Shown: positions 6,702 to 13,491 of the stretch, piece by piece
How the letters are laid out: each line of letters begins with the position of its first letter
Numbering within the stretch: position 1 is the stretch's first letter
DNA from: Archangium sp.
GTDB lineage: Bacteria > Myxococcota > Myxococcia > Myxococcales > Myxococcaceae
Direction: 5' to 3'
Length of the DNA stretch: 13,491 nt
Assembly (NCBI GenBank): GCA_031367385.1
Contig: JANLPS010000383.1
Span: 1-13,491 of the forward strand
Program-made: the position numbers and the translations under genes
The notes under the pieces: model-generated
The model's input: only the letters and a program-made list of their open reading frames with translations
What the model was told of the DNA's origin: nothing
The model's database searches: none

Positions 6702-7637
6702 ATGCAGCGAGCTCCGCCGTATCGACAGTTCACCCACCCCGACGGCCGGCAGTGGAACATTCGCCTCAACGGCTCGGTGGTCGAGCTGCAGATCACCAAT
6801 GAGGGCGACACCGTCGAGCGAAAGCGCAAGTTCGACGCTCCGGTGCTGGGCGCGCGCGACCTCGACGACGCCGTCAAAGAGCAGCTCGCCGAAGGGTTCA
6901 CCGAGCACACACCTCCGGAGTGGAAGCGCCGCCTCGATGAGCTCGTCACCTTCTGGGAGACCGACGACCCCGGGTTCGACGCCGACGTGCTGCGAGCCCA
7001 CCTGCTCGACAACGGCGAGGCCTTCGCCAAGCAAACGATGGACACGCTGGGCTGGTGGGAGACCGGCCAGCCTCGTGACCCGAACACCGCGCGAACCTGG
7101 CTGCGCACCAACATCGACACCGCCATCGGCGGAGTGCTGCTGGCGCTGCGTTGGGCCGACCCGCAAGTCTTGGTCAACGTCGACGCGCTGCTGGCCGAGG
7201 TGAAGAACCCCGAGGTGCTCGAGGCGCTGCTGAGCATCGTCGAGCACCCGACCGCGAGCGATGAAGAAGAAGGCCCTGACTCGCGACCCTCGAACATGCC
7301 GTTGCTGGCGCTCAAGGCGCTGGGCAAGCCCGATTCAGACACGGCGCTGCGGTTGATTCGCGCGCTCGACAGCGATGATGAGCGCACCCGTGACGTGACG
7401 GCCGCGATTCTCGCTGAGTTCTCGAGCGATGACGGGCTCTTCGCCGCCCTGTGGGATCACCGGGCAGTCGCTCGGCAGTCTGACGGCATGTGCTGGGCGA
7501 TGATGCGCGCGGCCGAGATTCGAAGGGCTGCCGAATTGCGTGATTTCTTGCAGTTCATGATTAAGAGCCCCCGTTTTCGAGCGCCCGGGTACCCCGAGCG
7601 TCTCAAAGACGCGTTGGCCAAGCTGAAGAACCGTTGA
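6702..7637 (+). CDS. Hypothetical protein: degenerate WGR-like N-terminal domain plus HEAT-like helical repeats
   Basis: The N-terminus (RQFTHPDGRQWNIRLNGSVVELQI...KRKFDAP...AVKEQLAEGFTE) follows the WGR-domain pattern. The C-terminal half has HEAT-like segments (ALKALGKPDSDTALRLIRALDSDDERTRDVTAAILAEF). ATG 6702 has TAAGGT 8 nt upstream. Confidence 0.75.
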   Translation: MQRAPPYRQFTHPDGRQWNIRLNGSVVELQITNEGDTVERKRKFDAPVLGARDLDDAVKEQLAEGFTEHTPPEWKRRLDELVTFWETDDPGFDADVLRAHLLDNGEAFAKQTMDTLGWWETGQPRDPNTARTWLRTNIDTAIGGVLLALRWADPQVLVNVDALLAEVKNPEVLEALLSIVEHPTASDEEEGPDSRPSNMPLLALKALGKPDSDTALRLIRALDSDDERTRDVTAAILAEFSSDDGLFAALWDHRAVARQSDGMCWAMMRAAEIRRAAELRDFLQFMIKSPRFRAPGYPERLKDALAKLKNR

Positions 7638-7663
7638 ACCCCCCTTTTGAAAAAGAGCGCCCC

Positions 7664-7921
7664 ATGAAAACCATCGTTCTCGCCGCTGCGTTGCTCGCCT
7701 CATCACTCGCCGTCGCCGCCGACAAGACCTACCAGGTCACCGGGCCCGTGCTCGCCGTCACTGACACCACGGTCACCGTCGAGAAGGGCAAAGACAAGTG
7801 GGAGATCAAGAAGGGCGAGGCCAAGGCTGAAGGCGGCGAGCTCAAGGTCGGCGCCAAAGTGACCATCACGTACACGATGACGGCTGAGAGCATCGAAGTG
7901 AAGGCCGACAAGAAGAAGTAG
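7664..7921 (+). CDS. Small exported beta-rich (OB-fold-like) protein
   Basis: Signal peptide MKTIVLAAALLASSLAVA. The mature part (VTGPVLAVTDTTVTVE...ELKVGAKVTITY) has an OB-barrel-like pattern and strong codon bias. Confidence 0.85.
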   Translation: MKTIVLAAALLASSLAVAADKTYQVTGPVLAVTDTTVTVEKGKDKWEIKKGEAKAEGGELKVGAKVTITYTMTAESIEVKADKKK

Positions 7922-7977
7922 GCGGGCTTGCCTCTCGCGGCGACCTGCTCGAGCAGACCCAGGCCGAGGTCACCCGC

Positions 7978-8160
7978 TTGAACGGTGAGCTGCGCGTGGT
8001 GTCATCGCGGCTCGAAGAGGCTTCGAGCACACTCGCTCGCCTCCAGGGCGCGCGGGCTCCGCAAACGGTCTTCGCGGGTCAGCCGCTGCCCCTTCTCTAT
8101 GCGGTCGCGCTGAGCGTGTTGGCTGGTCTGGCCGCCCTGATCACCGTGCTGCTCTGGTAA
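7978..8160 (+). CDS. Possible small coiled-coil, C-terminally anchored membrane protein (start uncertain; may be a remnant)
   Basis: An amphipathic helix is followed by a 22-aa hydrophobic tail (LLYAVALSVLAGLAALITVLLW). The frame stays open and coding-like upstream of the TTG. Confidence 0.45.
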   Translation: MNGELRVVSSRLEEASSTLARLQGARAPQTVFAGQPLPLLYAVALSVLAGLAALITVLLW

Positions 8161-8179
8161 CGCAAATTTCGCAGGTCGT

Positions 8180-8185
8180 TATACT
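8180..8185 (+). promoter_or_regulatory. -10 box TATACT 7 nt before the AAA+ GTG start (leaderless candidate)
   Basis: TATACT-cggcccc-GTG in an AT-richer 32-bp gap; no SD sequence. Confidence 0.5.
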
Positions 8186-8192
8186 CGGCCCC

Positions 8193-10727
8193 GTGAACGC
8201 CCCCACGTCCGCGACTCCGTCGTCTACCGTTCTCGATTCGCGCTTTGGAGATTCGGCCTCGGCGTTTCGGCGATTTTTTCTCGAATTGCGTGAGGGGTTT
8301 CTCGAGCGTGATTCGCTCTTCGTGCAGCTGGAGCTGGCCTTGCTGTGCCGCGAGCACGTGCTGATCATCGGGCCTCCCGGCACGGCGAAGAGCGCGGTGG
8401 CCAGCGCGGTGTTGGGCCGCATCGTCGACGAAAAGACCAACCGCCCCTCGCTGTTCTCGAAGCAGCTCGCCGAGAACACCGTGCAAACCGACTTGATCGG
8501 CCCGGTCGACTTCAAGGTGCTCACCGAGACGGGGCGAACCGAGTATCTCACCGAAGAAGGCATGCTCGGCGCGGTGCACGCGTTTCTCGATGAGGTCTTC
8601 GACGGCCGCGACATGCTGCTGCGTTCGATTCTCAACGTGCTGCACGAGCGCGAGCTCAAGCATGGCCGCAAGGTGACTCCAGGCCGCTGCGAGTGCGCGG
8701 TGATGACCTCGAATCGGTACTTGTCGGAGGTCGTGCAGCGCTCCCCCGAGACCCTGCAAGCCTTTGCAGATCGCATCTCGTTCATCTGCTTCACCCCCAA
8801 AGCTTTCGCCCGTAAGTCGAGCCGCGCGCAGATGTTGTGGCGAGCGCAGGCAGGCCAGCGGCTGACGCTCAATGAGCGCCTGACTCTGCAGCAGCTCGAT
8901 GTGCTGCAAGACATCGTCTCGGCGGTCGAGGTGCCTCCGACGGTCTCTGAAGGCCTCGAAGCCCTGGCCGATACGCTCGAGCGCGAGCTGTTGGCGCAGG
9001 TCGTAAAGCTGCCTGACTACGTGCCGACGAAGTATTTCTCGCAGCGCTCGATGGTGAAGGCGCTGTGGGCGCTCAAGGCCGTGGTGGTGCGAGAGAAGAT
9101 CTACAAGCGGCCTGACCGCAAGCTGGTGGCCGAGATCGGCGACCTCGAGATGCTTCGGGCGTTCTTTTTGCTTTCGGGCCCGATGCCGCAAGATCTCGAC
9201 GCGCTGATCAAGAGCGCCGCTGACCCTCGAGAGCGCGCGCAGCTCGAGATCATTCGGGTCGAGAACAAGGCCTTCAACGACGCGCTCGAGCGGGTGATGC
9301 CGACGCTGGGGCAAGCGTCGGAGCGCGAGGCGGCCGACCTGCAGCTCAAAGACGAGCTCGCGACCGCCGAAGGCATGACCCGAAATTGGAACCCGGCGAT
9401 CGTGAGCACCGTCGCGCGTGAGCTGCATGAGAAGCTGGTGCCCGGGCCGCGGCATGCGCAGAACAGGTTGCCGTTGGTGCGGGCAGCCGAGCACCTGATC
9501 AACGGCCTCGAGGCGCGCGTGGTGCGCGGCATGGCCGGGCAGGGTGAGGGTCGCGGAGGTCAGGCGTTGCTGGTCTCGCTGGTCGAGGTGCTCTCGCTCG
9601 CGCGTCGGGTGCCTGAGTTCGCGCACCGCGTGCCTGCGATCTGCGGAAACGTGCTCGAATTCAGCCGCCAGGCGGCCCACATGGTGGCCCTCGCGGCCGA
9701 GGCGACCGAGTTCGATGATCAGCTGCGGCTCGATGGCTTGGCCGGGCTGGCGACGAGCTTGACCGACGAGCTGTCGAAGATCGCCGAGGTATTGCAGGTG
9801 GTTGGCCTGGTGCTCCAGCCGCAGGTCGCGGCAGTGCAGCCAGAGATAGAAGGGGCTCGAGCGCGGGTCGCCGCGGCGCTGCATCGACGCGCGGCACGCA
9901 GCTTCGCGAGCGCGGCTCCTGCTGGCAAGAAGGGCGATTTGCTCGAGACGCTCGCAGCCGACGGCCGCAGACTGGCGGAGCTCGAACAGGCGCTGGTGAA
10001 CCTCGCGCCGAGCCACCGAGGGCTGCGCGAGGAGCTGCTCACCCCGATGGCGCAGGCGTACGCGCAGGAGTCGGTGGCGGCGCTCAGCTTCACCAAGCTC
10101 GATCAACTGGTGCGCGGCGTTCAGACCATCATCGACAATGTCGGCCGTGAAGGGGCGTCACCCGAGGTGGTGCTGCGCAGCATTCGACCGGTGATTGAAG
10201 AGCGGGTCGCTGCGTACGCGAAGGGGCTGACCAACCCCGTACGCGCGGCGCTCGAGCCAGCGCACCTGCTCAATGGCGAGGCCTACACGGTGTACCGGCA
10301 GCAGCTGGTCGCCGGGTCGCCCGAAGGGGCGCTGCTGGCGCTCCACAATCTGAGCGGGCTGCTGCAGCAGAGCACGGGCAACGCGCTGCCAGCCACCCTG
10401 CGAAACGGAGTGGCCAACGCGGAGATGGCGTGGCTCGGCGCGAGGACCCTGTTCTTGCGTGATTGGTTGGCCGGGTTGCTCAAGACGCTGCCTCCGGTGG
10501 CAGCGATGAAGAACAAGGCCGACGTCGATCGCGCGTTTGATCAGCTGGTGAAGAGCCGGTTTCCCATGTTGGTGACGCGCGAAGGTGAGCTGGTGCGGTT
10601 GCAGGCCGCGGTGTCTCGGCTCGGTGGCGACACGGGCACCTGGGCCAGCGCGACCGAAAGCGCCGTGACCCGCCTGGCGGAGGACTTTGGTGACTACTCA
10701 CGGCGGCTGCTCGATGCGCGCAAGTGA
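8193..10727 (+). CDS. MoxR/RavA-type AAA+ ATPase with ~500-aa helical C-terminal extension
   Basis: RavA-like start (FLERDS...LALLCREHVLIIGPPGTAKS, Walker A), Walker B AFLDEVF, LNVLHER, sensor I MTSN, Arg finger AFADRI and sensor II-like FSQRSMVKA. Confidence 0.92.
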   Translation: MNAPTSATPSSTVLDSRFGDSASAFRRFFLELREGFLERDSLFVQLELALLCREHVLIIGPPGTAKSAVASAVLGRIVDEKTNRPSLFSKQLAENTVQTDLIGPVDFKVLTETGRTEYLTEEGMLGAVHAFLDEVFDGRDMLLRSILNVLHERELKHGRKVTPGRCECAVMTSNRYLSEVVQRSPETLQAFADRISFICFTPKAFARKSSRAQMLWRAQAGQRLTLNERLTLQQLDVLQDIVSAVEVPPTVSEGLEALADTLERELLAQVVKLPDYVPTKYFSQRSMVKALWALKAVVVREKIYKRPDRKLVAEIGDLEMLRAFFLLSGPMPQDLDALIKSAADPRERAQLEIIRVENKAFNDALERVMPTLGQASEREAADLQLKDELATAEGMTRNWNPAIVSTVARELHEKLVPGPRHAQNRLPLVRAAEHLINGLEARVVRGMAGQGEGRGGQALLVSLVEVLSLARRVPEFAHRVPAICGNVLEFSRQAAHMVALAAEATEFDDQLRLDGLAGLATSLTDELSKIAEVLQVVGLVLQPQVAAVQPEIEGARARVAAALHRRAARSFASAAPAGKKGDLLETLAADGRRLAELEQALVNLAPSHRGLREELLTPMAQAYAQESVAALSFTKLDQLVRGVQTIIDNVGREGASPEVVLRSIRPVIEERVAAYAKGLTNPVRAALEPAHLLNGEAYTVYRQQLVAGSPEGALLALHNLSGLLQQSTGNALPATLRNGVANAEMAWLGARTLFLRDWLAGLLKTLPPVAAMKNKADVDRAFDQLVKSRFPMLVTREGELVRLQAAVSRLGGDTGTWASATESAVTRLAEDFGDYSRRLLDARK

Positions 10728-10740
10728 CCGCGCGTCGACG

Positions 10741-10881
10741 CTCATGGTGAGCTTTGTCGAACCACGCACAACGGGTTCTCTCATGGTGAGCCTGTCGAAC
10801 TACGAACAACGGGTTCTCTCATGGTGAGCCTGTCGAACCACGCACAACGGGTTCTCATGGTGAGCCCGTCGAACCACGCAC
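10741..10881 (+). repeat. Tandem array of four REP-like hairpin units (36-39 bp)
   Basis: Units start at 10741, 10780, 10818 and 10854 (last one partial). Consensus CTCATGGTGAGCCTGTCGAACCACGCACAACGGGTTCT. Confidence 0.95.
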
Positions 10882-10906
10882 CGGGTGACCCCTTTTAGCG
10901 AAACCC

Positions 10907-13177
10907 ATGTTCGCCCCTCGCCTCAATGCGCTGCGCGCGCGACTCGACGCACTCAAGTCAGGCGACATCGCCACGGCTGGAGTGCTCGGTCGCGCCCGCG
11001 CTTTGTTCTCACGCCCTGAACGCGAGGTGCGGCTGCCGGTGTTGGTCACGCTCGATCAAGCCCTCGATCGCGCCGGCATTCACACCTCGGCCGACGCGAA
11101 GTTGCTGCACGAGCTCGGCGCCGTGAAAGGCCGATTGGCGGCCCTCAAAGCCGGCCTGGTCGAGCGCGCCGAGGTCGCTTTGGCCGAGTACGACACCAGC
11201 CTCTCTGGGGCGGAGCACTACGCCTCTCTGGGCGAGCGCGACGCGAGCCAGGTGTCAGCGCTCGAGACCCACTTTCCCAAGCTGGCCCGGGTGGTCAAGG
11301 TAGCCACCGTCTTCTCGTCGGTGCCCGCGCCCTTTGAGGTCTACGAGCGAGACACCGTCGCCGCCCCGCCCCCCGCGAGCGCGAAGCTGGCCATCGTCGA
11401 GCTGCTCGCCCAGCGCGCCAAGAAGAATGTCGCCGACGTCGGGCAGAAACGCCGAGATCTCGACCTCGCGCACGAGCTGCTGTTGCGCATGGGCACCCAC
11501 ACCAGCAAGGCCGATCGCGATCGCCTTCGTCGGGCCCGCATCGACATCGGAGCCGCGCGCGATCGCGTTCGGGCCACGCCGCTCGTCGATTCGTTGCGCG
11601 AGCTGAACCGGCACGTTCGGCATACCGCCCGCCGCGATTCGCGCACCGCCTACCGCTCCTTGAAGGCCCTGTATGACCGTGCCGTCGAAGCGAATGACAC
11701 CCAGCTCGCCGAGGCCGCCTCGAACGCGCTCGAGAGTCTGCTGCCGGGCGCGAACGACGTCACCCACCTGGTCGAGCGCGCCGAAGCGCAGCGCTTGATG
11801 GCGTACAGAGAGCCGGCACAAGGCGAACACGTCACCGAGCAGCTGCCCGCCGGGGGCAAGGCCGGCGTCGATGACTCGGTCGGCGATGTGCTGACCCAGC
11901 TCGCGTTCGGGCTCGACGATGACCGCGTGAAAGCCCTCGAGCTCGCCGCCGGAGCCGCCCGGCTCTTCGACGTCGAGGAGGCCTTGTCTGATGGCCTGGT
12001 GCAGGCCGAAACCAAGACCACCCGGCCGGTGCAGCGGCGGGTGACCTACCCGACGCAGACGATGACCTACGAGCTCGCCACCGGCCTCGACGAGATTCAC
12101 AACTTCGTCGTCAGCCAGCCGGGCTCGATCGTGCTCGACCTGGCCTCGGGGCGGCAGGTGGTGCGCGCGTATCTCGACGAAGAGCCGCCGAAGAAGAGCA
12201 AGAAGATGAAGAAGACCGCGGTGCGGGTCTACGTGCTCGACGCGTCAGGCTCGATGCACGGCGCGCGGGCGCGGTTTCGCGACGCGATTCTCATCGCCGA
12301 GCTCAACGCGATTCGGGTCAAGGGCAAGCTTCGGTTGCCGTTCGACCCGCTCTATTTTTCGTTCTTCAACGACACCCCGACCGACTTGAACCGCGTCGAG
12401 TCGGCCAGCGAGGCGTCGCGGCACATCGAGTCGCTGTTCAATTCGTCTCCGGCCGAAGGGCAGACCGACATTTCACTCGCGCTGATGGCGGCGTTCGAGT
12501 CAATCGGCAACGCGCAGGGCAAAGACCCGTATCTCTCGCGTGCAACCGTGGTGTTGGTGACCGACGGCGAAGACGGCGTCGACCTCGAGCTGATTCGCAA
12601 GACCAAGAAACCCTTCGAGGGCCTCGACATTTCGCTCTCGTTCATCTCGCTGGGTGAAGAGAACACCGACTTGAAGGCGCTGGTCACCGAGCAACGGGCA
12701 GCCGGCGGGCGGGCCTTCTATCACCACCTCGCCGACGCCGAGATCGCGCTGGTGCGCACCGACTTCGACTCCGCCTGGCGCACCCTGTTGCCGCCCGACA
12801 TCGACGCGACGCCCGATGTGCTCGCGCGGCTCCTGCCTCACCTCGAGGCGCTCGATGCGATCGCCGCCAACAGGGTCGAAACCGAACCGCTGCGCGCCGA
12901 TGATCAGTTCGACGCGCTGTTCCCCAAGTCGCCGGAGCCTTCGCGAGTGAACCAGAAGATCATCGCGCGCCTGGTCGACGTGTACGACGCCATCGCCGAG
13001 ACCGCCGGCTTCGCAGCCGCTGAGCAGCGCCCCACCGAAGCGGTGACCTTGCTGACCCACCTGCTGTCGATTTACGGCGTCTCGCTGCCGAAATACCTCG
13101 AGGCGCTGGGGTCGGCAGACGAGGCCCTGACCGCGGGGCGAAATCGAATTCGCCTGCTCTGCCGGCCCTTCGATTGA
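10907..13177 (+). CDS. VWA-domain protein (ViaA/CoxE-like partner of the AAA+ ATPase)
   Basis: Complete MIDAS: YVLDASGSM (DxSxS), GQTD and VLVTDGED. There is a ~435-aa helical N-terminal region and a ~130-aa C-terminal extension. It lies directly downstream of the MoxR-type ATPase on the same strand. Confidence 0.92.
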   Translation: MFAPRLNALRARLDALKSGDIATAGVLGRARALFSRPEREVRLPVLVTLDQALDRAGIHTSADAKLLHELGAVKGRLAALKAGLVERAEVALAEYDTSLSGAEHYASLGERDASQVSALETHFPKLARVVKVATVFSSVPAPFEVYERDTVAAPPPASAKLAIVELLAQRAKKNVADVGQKRRDLDLAHELLLRMGTHTSKADRDRLRRARIDIGAARDRVRATPLVDSLRELNRHVRHTARRDSRTAYRSLKALYDRAVEANDTQLAEAASNALESLLPGANDVTHLVERAEAQRLMAYREPAQGEHVTEQLPAGGKAGVDDSVGDVLTQLAFGLDDDRVKALELAAGAARLFDVEEALSDGLVQAETKTTRPVQRRVTYPTQTMTYELATGLDEIHNFVVSQPGSIVLDLASGRQVVRAYLDEEPPKKSKKMKKTAVRVYVLDASGSMHGARARFRDAILIAELNAIRVKGKLRLPFDPLYFSFFNDTPTDLNRVESASEASRHIESLFNSSPAEGQTDISLALMAAFESIGNAQGKDPYLSRATVVLVTDGEDGVDLELIRKTKKPFEGLDISLSFISLGEENTDLKALVTEQRAAGGRAFYHHLADAEIALVRTDFDSAWRTLLPPDIDATPDVLARLLPHLEALDAIAANRVETEPLRADDQFDALFPKSPEPSRVNQKIIARLVDVYDAIAETAGFAAAEQRPTEAVTLLTHLLSIYGVSLPKYLEALGSADEALTAGRNRIRLLCRPFD

Positions 13178-13283
13178 TCGTGTAGGCATGCGGCGCCTGC
13201 GTACCTTCTCGCGGCTACATCCTTGAGCCCCCGCCGCCTTTGACGGTACCTTGCTCGAGAGCCGTTTTCGCCTGGGGGTGCGC

Positions 13284-13491
13284 GTGCGAGTGTTCGTCAC
13301 TGGAGCGACGGGGTTGCTGGGGCACCAAGTCGTTGAGACGCTGGTGCGTGAAGGGCATCAGGTCACGGCGCTCGTTCGCTCACCGGCCAAGGCGAAGCGG
13401 TTCGTCGATGATGCCGCGACCCTCGTCGCTCTTGCGAATGGTGAAGCCATCGGCAGCGATGGATTCATCAAGCAGTTCGTTGACCTTCGCC
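13284..13491 (+). CDS. NAD(P)-binding extended SDR / epimerase-dehydratase family protein (3'-partial)
   Basis: Not in the ORF track. My translation from GTG 13284 (alternative GTG 13278) is MRVFVTGATGLLGHQVVETLVREGHQVTALVRSPAKA, a Rossmann TGxxGxxG motif. GGGGG lies upstream. Confidence 0.85.
   Translation, partial: MRVFVTGATGLLGHQVVETLVREGHQVTALVRSPAKAKRFVDDAATLVALANGEAIGSDGFIKQFVDLR

Noticed and set aside
8097..10106. 669-aa antisense ORF
   Set aside because: It lies opposite the motif-bearing ATPase and has Arg/Leu/His/Gln-rich composition typical of the mirror frame of GC-biased codons, with no motifs.
809..10727. Functional link between the lysine aminomutases and the RavA-like ATPase (RavA binds lysine decarboxylase and is tied to Fe-S enzymes)
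   Set aside because: The genes are 6 kb apart in separate transcription units, with no LARA-like domain and no ldcI in view. There is no support without synteny data.
10480..10809. 109-aa minus-strand ORF with a repeated AHHER motif
   Set aside because: It is a translation of the DNA repeat running antisense into the ATPase gene.
10741..10881. CRISPR array
   Set aside because: The would-be spacers are only ~13-15 nt and almost identical to one another. There are no cas genes or leader, so this is a tandem repeat.
10849..10909. Pairing of the repeat linker GGGTT with AACCC just before the VWA ATG
   Set aside because: Only 5 contiguous base pairs, too weak to claim translational control.

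Overview
GC-rich bacterial chromosomal window. Gene content and style suggest Myxococcota; this is an inference, not a search result. From left to right: two abutting, divergent KamA-family radical-SAM/PLP 2,3-aminomutases (the first 5'-truncated); a minus-strand block of small, mostly envelope genes (Lys-tailed secreted protein, hypothetical protein, Cys-ladder lipoprotein, fasciclin protein with an ECF-type promoter, and a membrane-anchored orphan sigma70-region-4-like protein); a SpoIID/LytB lytic transglycosylase; a CPBP/Abi intramembrane protease; a WGR-like/HEAT-like protein; two small ORFs; a RavA/MoxR-type AAA+ ATPase and a VWA protein, both with long extensions and separated by a 4-copy tandem hairpin repeat; and the start of an NAD(P)-binding SDR/epimerase. 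I see no rRNA, tRNA, transposase, integrase or true CRISPR array. The most notable items are the orphan sigma4-TM protein beside an ECF promoter and fasciclin gene, the extended AAA+/VWA pair with its intergenic hairpin array, the tandem aminomutases, and repeated signs of leaderless transcription.
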